Virus record (IMG/VR): IMGVR_UViG_3300012000_000005
Location: 1 to 64,000 of that record
Source: a virus
Direction: 5' to 3' (one strand)
DNA length: 64,000 nt
How positions within the stretch are numbered: the stretch's first letter is position 1; each line of letters opens with the position of its first letter. The translations under genes were made by a program, and so were the position numbers. This document shows, one piece after another, positions 6,846 to 15,695 of this stretch. The notes under the pieces are model-generated. The model was given only the letters and a program-made list of their open reading frames with translations, was not told where the DNA came from and did not search any database.

Positions 6846-9521
6846 ATTATATTTCTGCGATTTTTCGCAGCACTATTCCTAGCAACATTTCTATTTTTAC
6901 TTGGTCAATCAACTGCGCATGCTGATGAACCTGCTACTGACCAGCAGGTCGTTTCCCCTGCCCCAAGCCCAGCTCCTGTAGATGGCGCTACCGTAACTAC
7001 TTCTTCTGGAGCCTTTCCACAACCAACGTCAACTCCTCAATCAACTGGTGAGAGTTCTTCAAGCTCTTCTTCAACTGGTTCAACTCCACAATCGTCTTCA
7101 ACTTCAGATACCTCATCGCCATCGCCCAGCCAATCGCCCATGCAATCGGCAGAGCCAGTATCCACGCCAACAAATAATCCTGAAACAATTACAGTTACCT
7201 CCGTACAGAATAAGATTGACACTGCAACTGCTACAGTCTCATCAACAAATATACCAACAACAGTCGCCTCTGACACTGCTGTTGTAACCGCTGTGGCACA
7301 AGCTACAGCGGCAATTCAAGATGCACAGACTTCTCTAAGTAACGCAACTCCTTTAGTGCAAGCAGCCGAAAGTGCTACAGCACTTATAGCACCTGCTGCA
7401 GCGGCTGTGGAAACCGCTACCACCACAGCTGCTGCCGCAGCTAATACTGTTACAACTCAAACTGCAGTTGTACAAGCTGCAACTGAAACTGTTGCTGCTA
7501 GACAAGAAGATGTAAATGTTGCAACTTCTGCAGTTACTACACAACAAGCAGTAGTAACGGAGGCCGTTATTACTAAGGCTGCGGCTGATGCTACTGTTGC
7601 TGCTAATACTCAACCAGGTCTTGATGTAAAAGTTACTCAGAACATTGGTTATAACAATGCTCCACCTGTAGAGGTAGGAACTACTACCTACACTGGAACT
7701 GCTGCTCAGATTAACTACAATTATGGTTTGGGTGGTCCCCCAAATACGTACCCAGAAGACTTTCAAATTAAATTCTCAGGACAGATTACGTCTAATACAA
7801 CTGGCAATATCCAGTTCTATGCTCCTGCAGATGACGGCGTAAAACTTTATCTAGATAATCAACTAGTTATTAATGACTGGTATGACAAAGGTGGCGGTGG
7901 TTCTATATCTGCTCCAGTAGCTTTTACAGCTAATACCCCTAAAGCTATTGTTCTTCATTTTTATGAGAACGGCGGAGGAGCAAACGTATCTTTGCGCTGG
8001 AATAGAGGTGCTGGTTGGGAAGTGGTTCCAGCTACAGCCTTGAGTCGTAGCAGCGCAACCCCTGAACAGCTAGCTGCAGCTCAAGCGGCTGCTACCGCAT
8101 TAAATACAGCTAATATAAATTTAAATAGTGCTACAGCAGCACAGTCAGTAGCAGAGACAGCACTTGCAGCAGCTCAGACCACACTAACAACAGAGACTCA
8201 AACATTGTCTAACCTCCAGGCTGAGAAAACTACTGCTGATGCTGCTGTTGTGTCAACTACTGCTGTTCTTACGCAGGTTACAAATGATGCGGCAACCGCT
8301 ACTTCCGCAGCTAATGCGGCTTTAAATACTGCTAATACTCTTGCTGATATTGCTGTTAATAAAGCAAACGCTATCGCTGTTCAGGTGTCCAGTACGAGCT
8401 CTCGTATTGAAGCGGAGGCTCAGGCTGCTGCGGCTGCTCAGGCTGCTGCGGCTGCTGCTGCGCAAGCTGCTGCTCAACAAGATGCTTCTTCTTCAACGCC
8501 AACTGTGCAACCAAATCCAAGTACTCCAACGTCTCCTTCTGACGGTGGGCCAACCACTCCTCCTCAGACAAATCCTCAAAACCCATCTACTGACCCTCTT
8601 CCTCCAACTGATACTGAACCTCAGCCCGATTCTCCATCTCAACCTGAAGGTCAGGAACAATCTCAAGAGCCTTCCGAAGATGGGGCTCAAAACCAAGAAT
8701 CCAATCAGGAATCTGACCAGAATCCTGAATCTCCTGACGAGCCAGAATCAACTGATGATACGCCTGAACAAGATGAGAATAACACATCTGATGATGGTAC
8801 TGATAGTTCCCAAGACTCATCTGAAGAACCTACAGACTCAGAAGAAGAACAGCAAACCACAGACCCAGAGTCACCAGAAACAGACCCCGAACAAAGCGGC
8901 GAAACTGACGAGTCTCAGAGCGAGAGTAATACTGAAGAATCAGAACAGCCACAGTCAGAAGAACAAGAGCAAGATAATCCGTTGGAAGAAACATCTTCTG
9001 ATAATACACCAGAAGAGGTAATAAGTGAAGCACTGGCTGATGGCAAACTTACTGAAGAGGAAAAAGCTGCCGTAGTAGAGGCTTTAGTTTCTAATTTAGA
9101 ACCTGGGGAAGCTGTTAGCGCTGAGGCTCTGAAGGAAGCTGGATTAACCTATGAGGACCTACCTCCTCAAACTCCAGTCAACGTTCGTACTGATGAGAAC
9201 GGTAATCCCGTTATAATTGAAGCAGAGGTTGCTGCGGCGCTAGTCTTATTAGAGAACCCCGCAGAACTTTTAGGCGCAATATTCGATGACCCAGGTCAGG
9301 TCCTTTTAGCACTCGGTTCTATCGGTGCTGATATGTCTCCAGAAGAACGAGAAGAAGCAACCAAAATGGTGGTTGCAACTGTCGTAGCAGCTGGAGCGGC
9401 TCTTAACGCAATCGGTGCAGCAGCTGGTGGCTCATCCGCACCAAGTGGTGGTGGAAGCAGTAACTCTGGAGGGGGAGGCCCTTCTGGAGAGAGTAAGGCC
9501 GTTAGGAGACGTAAGCCATGA
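6846..9521 (+). CDS. Secreted or membrane-anchored PA14-domain protein (about 891 aa, probable ATT start)
   Basis: Frame stays open upstream of the 7140 ATG to TAA at 6843 and encodes signal peptide IIFLRFFAALFLATFLFLLGQSTAHA/DE; PA14 motifs (FSGQI, ADDGVKLYLDNQLVINDW, FYENGGGA); acidic linker; C-terminal hydrophobic helix. Confidence 0.75.
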   Translation: MIFLRFFAALFLATFLFLLGQSTAHADEPATDQQVVSPAPSPAPVDGATVTTSSGAFPQPTSTPQSTGESSSSSSSTGSTPQSSSTSDTSSPSPSQSPMQSAEPVSTPTNNPETITVTSVQNKIDTATATVSSTNIPTTVASDTAVVTAVAQATAAIQDAQTSLSNATPLVQAAESATALIAPAAAAVETATTTAAAAANTVTTQTAVVQAATETVAARQEDVNVATSAVTTQQAVVTEAVITKAAADATVAANTQPGLDVKVTQNIGYNNAPPVEVGTTTYTGTAAQINYNYGLGGPPNTYPEDFQIKFSGQITSNTTGNIQFYAPADDGVKLYLDNQLVINDWYDKGGGGSISAPVAFTANTPKAIVLHFYENGGGANVSLRWNRGAGWEVVPATALSRSSATPEQLAAAQAAATALNTANINLNSATAAQSVAETALAAAQTTLTTETQTLSNLQAEKTTADAAVVSTTAVLTQVTNDAATATSAANAALNTANTLADIAVNKANAIAVQVSSTSSRIEAEAQAAAAAQAAAAAAAQAAAQQDASSSTPTVQPNPSTPTSPSDGGPTTPPQTNPQNPSTDPLPPTDTEPQPDSPSQPEGQEQSQEPSEDGAQNQESNQESDQNPESPDEPESTDDTPEQDENNTSDDGTDSSQDSSEEPTDSEEEQQTTDPESPETDPEQSGETDESQSESNTEESEQPQSEEQEQDNPLEETSSDNTPEEVISEALADGKLTEEEKAAVVEALVSNLEPGEAVSAEALKEAGLTYEDLPPQTPVNVRTDENGNPVIIEAEVAAALVLLENPAELLGAIFDDPGQVLLALGSIGADMSPEEREEATKMVVATVVAAGAALNAIGAAAGGSSAPSGGGSSNSGGGGPSGESKAVRRRKP

Positions 9522-9700
9522 ACCTAATTAAAAAGTTAGCAAAAGACTTTATTGAACAAACCTGGACACTTCTTGGAATGTTCATTGCATGGGTCGTCTT
9601 AGACGGTAGCGCTAAGACAGTAGTTGGGTATGCAATTTTGTTCAGCCTTGGTGCTTGGGCAATTACTTACCCTATTCGTAACCCAAAGGAAGAAGATTAA
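9518..9700 (+). CDS. Small 2-TM membrane protein
   Basis: Two hydrophobic segments; ATGA overlap with PA14 gene. Confidence 0.7.
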   Translation: MNLIKKLAKDFIEQTWTLLGMFIAWVVLDGSAKTVVGYAILFSLGAWAITYPIRNPKEED

Positions 9701-10110
9701 TGAAATCAATAGGTAATATTTTACTAAGAATTGTCGCTACTTTTGCGGCTAGCGGCCTTTCAGTTATTGGTGCTGGAGCAATTGCAGGCGTAGACACTTT
9801 AACAGCTGTTGCTGTTGCTGGTCTTACCGCTGTTGCCGCAGTCGTAGAGAAGCTAGCACGTGGCTTTATGAATGATGGCAAGCTTGACCTAGATGAGATT
9901 AACGCGGCATTTGCTGCAGTTGATACAAAGGCTAAGAGCGCGGCTGACCTTCAGGTAGAAGCTAAGCAAAACGGACACAACATCACAATTGCTGCTGGAA
10001 CAGGTGCAGTTAGTTATGCAGCCGCAGAAGCGGTATCCGCTGCCCCAGCTAAGGTTGGAAATCATCAACCAGACGCACATGACCCAGACGACGAGTGGGA
10101 TAAGGACTAG
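9700..10110 (+). CDS. Membrane protein (2 TM plus soluble tail)
   Basis: Hydrophobic N-terminal half; TAATG coupling. Confidence 0.7.
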   Translation: MKSIGNILLRIVATFAASGLSVIGAGAIAGVDTLTAVAVAGLTAVAAVVEKLARGFMNDGKLDLDEINAAFAAVDTKAKSAADLQVEAKQNGHNITIAAGTGAVSYAAAEAVSAAPAKVGNHQPDAHDPDDEWDKD

Positions 10111-10125
10111 TTCCTTAAAAACTAA

Positions 10126-10164
10126 GCCGCATAAGGCACCCTAACGGGTGCTTTATGCGGTTTT
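10126..10164 (+). terminator. Rho-independent terminator
   Basis: GCCGCATAAGGCACC-CTAAC-GGGTGCTTTATGCGGT followed by TTT. Confidence 0.7.
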
Positions 10165-10198
10165 ACTATTAGAAAGCACCTACAATCGGAGTATGACA

Positions 10199-10558
10199 AT
10201 GCTGAGTAAGGGATATAAGCGCTCTGGTGGGCAAGGTGGCGGCAGCAAAGGCGTAGCCGCAAGCGGAATTGAGGCTCTTAGCTCTAGAGCTAGCACTGGT
10301 TCTCGCAAGTCTATGCCAAAAATGGCATCAACCCAATCAGCAACTAAAGCAATTTACAAAAATAGAGCTAAAGAACAACAAAAAGCTAATAAATATGTAA
10401 AACCTAAGCCTGCTCCAGCTAAAAAAGCTCCTACAAAAAAGGCTACAAAGCCAAAAACAGAAAAACAGCTGTCTTCAGAGTACAAAAATGTAGGTTCCGA
10501 TACGTCAAACCTTCCACCAGTCGATTTAACAGGTAGACAGTTCAATGGCAAAGCGTAA
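10199..10558 (+). CDS. Lys-rich basic protein
   Basis: ATG 7 nt after GGAG; PAKKAPTKK repeats. Confidence 0.6.
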   Translation: MLSKGYKRSGGQGGGSKGVAASGIEALSSRASTGSRKSMPKMASTQSATKAIYKNRAKEQQKANKYVKPKPAPAKKAPTKKATKPKTEKQLSSEYKNVGSDTSNLPPVDLTGRQFNGKA

Positions 10559-10721
10559 AAGAAGCAAGGCTTCTATAAAATCAGAAATTACCGCCTCAAC
10601 TACCTCTCCAGTTAAGGCAGATAAGGCATCTCGCCAGTTTAGGGACCGTAAAACCTTTGTTATGTCACCTATTAAGCCTAAAGACACTCATGCGCTACAA
10701 TGGAGCCGTTGGTCTCCATGA
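10545..10721 (+). CDS. 58-aa basic hypothetical protein
   Basis: Manual translation MAKRKRSKAS...WSRWSP. Confidence 0.55.
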   Translation: MAKRKRSKASIKSEITASTTSPVKADKASRQFRDRKTFVMSPIKPKDTHALQWSRWSP

Positions 10722-10876
10722 GATATAAGGAGTTTTTACAAGCAGAGCCTAAACCAATACAGGTTCAAGACTCTAGATTTGGTTTACGTAAGTTCTTTAC
10801 AACAGATAAAGAAAAACCTAGTATTGTCGTCTGGAACCAGCCAGGCAAAGGACCAAATGGCGAAAGCCAGAATTAG
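10718..10876 (+). CDS. 52-aa hypothetical protein
   Basis: Manual translation MRYKEFLQAEP...; ATGA overlap. Confidence 0.55.
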   Translation: MRYKEFLQAEPKPIQVQDSRFGLRKFFTTDKEKPSIVVWNQPGKGPNGESQN

Positions 10877-10893
10877 TATTTGAAAGGACTACA

Positions 10894-11682
10894 ATGGCAG
10901 CATCATATCCAGGTTCGGTACGAGTATTTGATACAAAGTTTAATATCACCGACACTGTAGACGCTTCGCACCCTAACTCTTTACAAGAAGAAGTAGTTGC
11001 TATGCAGTCTATTATTGGTACAAACCCTCATGTTTCTACTGCTGCTAACCCTACAACCGCTTTTGTCGCTAGTTCCTTTACATACGGAAGCCTTTCTGCA
11101 CGTATTGCTAACATTGAAAACGGTGTTGTAGCCGATTCACACACTCAATATCTACGTAAAACTGCAGATGGTTTTACTAGTAATAGAGTTGACACTGGCA
11201 ACCAATCAAATGTTGGAGTTGTTGTACGAGGAACTCTAAATCAGTCTGCAAACCTCCAAGAATGGCAAAATAACATTGGAGTTGTTCAAGCAGCCGTTAC
11301 TCCAACTGGTTTATTTACTGGAACGGTAAATGCAGCCAATATTGTTGGTAGCGTAACCGCAATTCCTCAAGATGCAACAATTGAACAAAAATCTTCTAAT
11401 TTTTCATTAGTATTATCTGACAAAAACAAAGTATTTTGGTGTGTTAACACTGGAGCAACTTTAACTGTAACTATTCCCCTAAATGCTAGCCAAGCTTTTC
11501 CAACTGGCTCTCAAATGACGTTTATTCGTGGACAAAACCAAAATGTAACGTTTGTTGGAGAATCTGGCACGGTTGTATTAGGTGCAACTCCTGGTCCAAA
11601 CCTAAGAACGCAGTGGTCAGCAGCCACTCTTCTAAAGCTTGCTGAGAATACCTGGACTCTACTTGGCGATTTGAGCGCCTAA
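10894..11682 (+). CDS. Virion fibre adaptor or minor structural protein
   Basis: N-term ASYP...HPNSLQEEVVAMQ anchor and C-term LRTQWSAATLLK...WTLLGDL domain typical of phage fibre proteins. Confidence 0.65.
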   Translation: MAASYPGSVRVFDTKFNITDTVDASHPNSLQEEVVAMQSIIGTNPHVSTAANPTTAFVASSFTYGSLSARIANIENGVVADSHTQYLRKTADGFTSNRVDTGNQSNVGVVVRGTLNQSANLQEWQNNIGVVQAAVTPTGLFTGTVNAANIVGSVTAIPQDATIEQKSSNFSLVLSDKNKVFWCVNTGATLTVTIPLNASQAFPTGSQMTFIRGQNQNVTFVGESGTVVLGATPGPNLRTQWSAATLLKLAENTWTLLGDLSA

Positions 11683-13481
11683 TGTTAGTTAGAGTCGGTC
11701 CAGTTGACTCCCAGAAAAAGGTACCGCCTGGTTTAGCAACGCTAACCTCAGCAACTGATACTGGGTCTAATAGAAACTTTGATGATGGTTCATGTAACTT
11801 AACATGGACTGCGCCTACATTTGACGGAAAAACACCGCTTGTAGGCTATGACATTGTTGCTACTCCAGCTGACGGCGGCGCAGATGTTGTTACACAGGTT
11901 GGGCTAACAACAACTGGAAATATTACTGGTCTTCGTTCTGGTATTGAATATACTTACAAAGTTAGGGCTAGAAACCAAAGCAGTACTGGTTCTAACTCTT
12001 CTGGCAGAGGACCAATTAGAGCTACTACAAAGCCTAATATTCCTACAAACGTTTCAGCTGCTAATTTAAATACTGGAAGCACCGCATCAGTTTCATGGTC
12101 CGCCCCAGCTAACGGCGGTTCAACAATTACTCAATATACTGTAAAGATTGTTGGAACTAATACAACCCTAACAACTTCTAGCACTTCTCTTACTTTTACT
12201 GGATTAACTAACGGCAATAGTTATAGCTTTGTTGTTACTGCTACAAACGCAAACGGAACTAGTGCTGAATCAAACCCATCTGGTGTTATTGGTATCACTC
12301 AACCTGCTCCAGCACCAGCACCAGCTCCACCTTCTGGTGGTGGTGGGTGCACAAGTTGTCCACAAGACAGCGGAACTAGCTATTGTTCTGGAGCAAATTT
12401 AGTAATTAACCGAATAGACCCTTGTTGTGGAACAACACTATCGCCAAGAGTTGTTACAGTTAACGGCTGCGCTGCTCCAACTCCAACTGCTCCACCAGTA
12501 ACATGTTGCCAAGATGACGACGCAGGATTTTGCAGTGGCGGTACTTGGTTTCAAAATAGATTTGACCCTTGTGGTGGAGCTTATTGTGCCCCAAGAAATA
12601 CTGGAAGTCCTTGCGTCTCAACTGGGCCATCTGACGCAAACACTACTTATTGTGCATCAACTGCTTCGTTTGTTCCAACTTCGGGATATCCTGGAAACTG
12701 CCCAGGAGCTAGTACAGTAGTCGTAACACCAACTGCTCCTCCAGTAGTCATAACACCAACTGCTGCTCCAGTAACGCCAACTGCTGCTCCTGGACCTGAT
12801 GCTTTTGGTTGCCCACCTGGCACTGGTTTTGCTGGCGTTGGTCGAGGATGTATCCCTACTGGTCCTGTGACAGTAACACCAACTGCTGCTCCAGTAGTTG
12901 TAACCCCAACTCCACCATCTCAACCATTTGCACCTTGGCCAGAGTATTTCTACACGGGCGTTGGCGGTCCACCAGCAGCACCAGTACCAAGATACCCCTA
13001 CTACTGCTTATCTATTGACAGCATGATTCCTACTCCAAATGGAGATAAGAGATTAGCTGACTTAGTAATTGGTGACCAGATTATTTCTGCACGTTTTGAG
13101 GAAATTGACCCAGATGACCCAAATGCAGACTTAATTGTGGATACTTGGTCCTCAGACAGCTTTACCTATCGTGAGCTAGATATAACAACAATTGTTAATA
13201 TCAGAGAGTGGGAAGAGACTGGTCGTTATACTATTAACAATAGAATCCACGTAACAGGCACTCACCCATTTATTGCAAAAGAAGCCGCGGATGGGCGCTA
13301 TTACTATACTAGAGCTGCTCAGCTTGTAGAGGGTGATTTTTTATTTGATGGGGATTTAGAGACTTGGGTTCCCGTTACAAGTATTTCATATGCTCCAAAC
13401 ATTAGATTTAAAGTTCGTACTCTTAGCACTGAGCCCTATGATATGTTCTTCGCAGAGGGTATACTAGTTCACAACAAGTAA
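11682..13481 (+). CDS. FN3 x2 + Cys-rich and Pro-Thr-rich protein with C-terminal Hint domain
   Basis: FN3 signatures (WTAP...Y.YKVRARN; WSAP...YSFVVTATN); PTAAP repeats; Hint from C at 13005 (CLSIDSMI.TPNG, TGTHPF, VHNK-stop). Confidence 0.85.
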   Translation: MLVRVGPVDSQKKVPPGLATLTSATDTGSNRNFDDGSCNLTWTAPTFDGKTPLVGYDIVATPADGGADVVTQVGLTTTGNITGLRSGIEYTYKVRARNQSSTGSNSSGRGPIRATTKPNIPTNVSAANLNTGSTASVSWSAPANGGSTITQYTVKIVGTNTTLTTSSTSLTFTGLTNGNSYSFVVTATNANGTSAESNPSGVIGITQPAPAPAPAPPSGGGGCTSCPQDSGTSYCSGANLVINRIDPCCGTTLSPRVVTVNGCAAPTPTAPPVTCCQDDDAGFCSGGTWFQNRFDPCGGAYCAPRNTGSPCVSTGPSDANTTYCASTASFVPTSGYPGNCPGASTVVVTPTAPPVVITPTAAPVTPTAAPGPDAFGCPPGTGFAGVGRGCIPTGPVTVTPTAAPVVVTPTPPSQPFAPWPEYFYTGVGGPPAAPVPRYPYYCLSIDSMIPTPNGDKRLADLVIGDQIISARFEEIDPDDPNADLIVDTWSSDSFTYRELDITTIVNIREWEETGRYTINNRIHVTGTHPFIAKEAADGRYYYTRAAQLVEGDFLFDGDLETWVPVTSISYAPNIRFKVRTLSTEPYDMFFAEGILVHNK

Positions 13482-13491
13482 AGGACCTAAT

Positions 13492-14109
13492 ATGGAATCA
13501 AAAATCGTTGCACCAGGGATAGTCTTATTTGAGAACATAGTCCCTGACTATAAAGAGCTAGTACAGGAAATAGAAAAAGTAGGAAATTCACCATCTAAAG
13601 TAATTAGGTGGAAACGAGCTACTGTGGGTTCTCCTACCGCTGGAACTCAAATACACGAGGCTAGAACCAACTCCTCTATTCATCTTCAAGCTGAGTGGGC
13701 TACGGTTGAAAACCCAGATTTAAATGCTGGAGGACAGCTAGCGGTAAAGTTAATTAATAACATTCAAGATGCCTACAACAAATATAAAGAATATTATCCA
13801 TCAGTAAACTCTGGAGACCTTCCAGTAAGCCCTATTATTTTAAGGTATCAAACTGGTCAAAAATACGATATGCATGCAGATGCTGGCGGAGGAAATAACC
13901 GAGTATTATCTTTAGTTTGGTATGTAAATAACGAGTATGAAGGTGGAGAAATTGACTTCCCATACTTTGGATATAAGTTAAAGCCACCAGCTAATTCTAT
14001 GATTTTCTTTCCTTCTAACTACATTTATGCGCATATAGCTCACCCAGTAACTGACGGAACAAAGTATGCCGTGGTTATGTGGATATTGGAAGACACAACT
14101 CATTTATGA
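13492..14109 (+). CDS. 2OG-Fe(II) dioxygenase, prolyl 4-hydroxylase-like
   Basis: HAD...YEGGE.DF...FPS...H...PVTDGTKY: HxD...H triad and 2OG-binding Lys. Confidence 0.85.
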   Translation: MESKIVAPGIVLFENIVPDYKELVQEIEKVGNSPSKVIRWKRATVGSPTAGTQIHEARTNSSIHLQAEWATVENPDLNAGGQLAVKLINNIQDAYNKYKEYYPSVNSGDLPVSPIILRYQTGQKYDMHADAGGGNNRVLSLVWYVNNEYEGGEIDFPYFGYKLKPPANSMIFFPSNYIYAHIAHPVTDGTKYAVVMWILEDTTHL

Positions 14110-14699
14110 AATATTTTTCTGATGACGCAGATATGGGTACCCGCCCAATTGTAAAAGACCCAATTATAGTAAGTGACGTTCTAGAGCCAACTAGATTTGC
14201 AGAGGTTGTAGAAACGGTTACTAATTACCCATTGGATGAGCTTACTTACGATAGAAGTTTTGGCCGTTTTATGTTAAAGCCTGGGTCAAGCACCTTGCCA
14301 GACGACCTATTAAAGGAATGTCAGCAAAAAGCAAGAGATATATTTGACAGCCAAACTCTTCTACCTACATATGCCTGCTACGTAAAATACAAGGGTGCTA
14401 GAGCTAACTTATTGCGCCACAAAGACAGCAATGCTTGCACATATACAATTGACCTTTGTTTAACACAGATGGTTGAGTGGCCGCTATACGTTGAGGATAA
14501 AGAGTACATATTGCAGCCAAATCAAGCTCTATGTTTTTATGGAGAGGACCAAACTCATTGGCGCGGCCCATATCCAGAAAAAGACACAAATATAATAGAC
14601 ATGATATTTCTACATTATGCGGAGCCAGACCACTGGTATCACACCAAAGGAGCGGAGTACTACAAAACAATCATGGCTAGACAAAACGCTGTGATGTAA
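14106..14699 (+). CDS. 2OG-Fe(II) dioxygenase (phage type)
   Basis: HKD...C..T..L...WP...HWR...FLHY motif; ATGA overlap at 14106. Confidence 0.8.
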   Translation: MKYFSDDADMGTRPIVKDPIIVSDVLEPTRFAEVVETVTNYPLDELTYDRSFGRFMLKPGSSTLPDDLLKECQQKARDIFDSQTLLPTYACYVKYKGARANLLRHKDSNACTYTIDLCLTQMVEWPLYVEDKEYILQPNQALCFYGEDQTHWRGPYPEKDTNIIDMIFLHYAEPDHWYHTKGAEYYKTIMARQNAVM

Positions 14700-15427
14700 T
14701 GCCAGTAATTAAGTTCTATCCTACTGACGAGGAAGTAGGGGGTTTTGCCCCTCCACCAGTCCCCGTTCGCACAATGATGCCAGAATGGTTTAGAAAGCTT
14801 CCGCCTTACCTAACTCAAAAGCCAGAAGTTGTAAAGGCAATTGATGATTCCCCAAACGGTGGTCATTTTCTAAATGTAACTGGTAAAAAGTGCATGTCTA
14901 TGATTGATACGTTTACCACTGGGTATTACTTCTTATGTCCCGTAGATATATTTATAGACACGACAAATCCGAAAGACATTCAATTAAAATGGAGAAATCC
15001 TCGTTACGAGTTTATATTAACTCACAACCCAGAGCAGGTTGGAGATTACCCTGTAGATGATACCCTTTGTGAAGATATCTTAAGGTGGGTTCCATTTTGG
15101 TGTGCGGTAACTCCAGAAGGTTACAGTACGCTTATTATTACGCCCGCACATAGACCAGACCTGCCTTTTATAACAATGACTGGAATTATAGACACAGATA
15201 GCATGCCTTCTGCTGGCGCTTTACCTTTTCACATAAAGAAAAACTATAAAGGAATTATTAAGCGAGGAACCCCTATTGCTCAGGCTATACCCTTTAAAAG
15301 AGAAGAGTGGAGCTCTGAAATCATAGAGGAAAGAAGTCAAGAAGTTCGTGATAGGCTAAATCTGATAAATTCCTCCTTTTCAGGGATGTATCAAGAAAAT
15401 ATGTGGGAGAAGAAGACATTTAAATGA
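14699..15427 (+). CDS. Conserved phage protein (DUF6065-like), frequent neighbour of 2OG oxygenases
   Basis: PEWFRK...KKC...TPEGYS.L...PF....GIIDTD...IKRGTPIAQAIPFKRE. Confidence 0.6.
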   Translation: MPVIKFYPTDEEVGGFAPPPVPVRTMMPEWFRKLPPYLTQKPEVVKAIDDSPNGGHFLNVTGKKCMSMIDTFTTGYYFLCPVDIFIDTTNPKDIQLKWRNPRYEFILTHNPEQVGDYPVDDTLCEDILRWVPFWCAVTPEGYSTLIITPAHRPDLPFITMTGIIDTDSMPSAGALPFHIKKNYKGIIKRGTPIAQAIPFKREEWSSEIIEERSQEVRDRLNLINSSFSGMYQENMWEKKTFK

Positions 15428-15693
15428 GCAAAATTTCAGATAGATTTAGAAACAGTGATAAGGGTAAAAACCTTCCCAAACCAGTTAGGCCGTGGGATTT
15501 ACTAAAAACCTCTGAGCCTAGAGCAACTGATGACGTTGCTTCAGACAGGTTGTCTATCTGCAGGGCTTGTCCAGAGTTAATACCCCTTACTGGTCAATGT
15601 AAAAAATGTGGCTGCGTTATGCATTTAAAAGTAAAACTAGCAAAAGCCTACTGTCCACTTCATAAATGGGCCCCAACCCACGATACGGAATAA
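15424..15693 (+). CDS. Small Cys-rich metal-binding protein (DUF6171-like)
   Basis: R..IC..CP......QCKKCGC.M..K......CP..KW. Confidence 0.7.
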   Translation: MSKISDRFRNSDKGKNLPKPVRPWDLLKTSEPRATDDVASDRLSICRACPELIPLTGQCKKCGCVMHLKVKLAKAYCPLHKWAPTHDTE

Positions 15694-15695
15694 AA

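Noticed and set aside
13005-13481. Mobile splicing intein
   Set aside because: No C-extein Cys/Ser/Thr and no endonuclease; the domain is at the C-terminus
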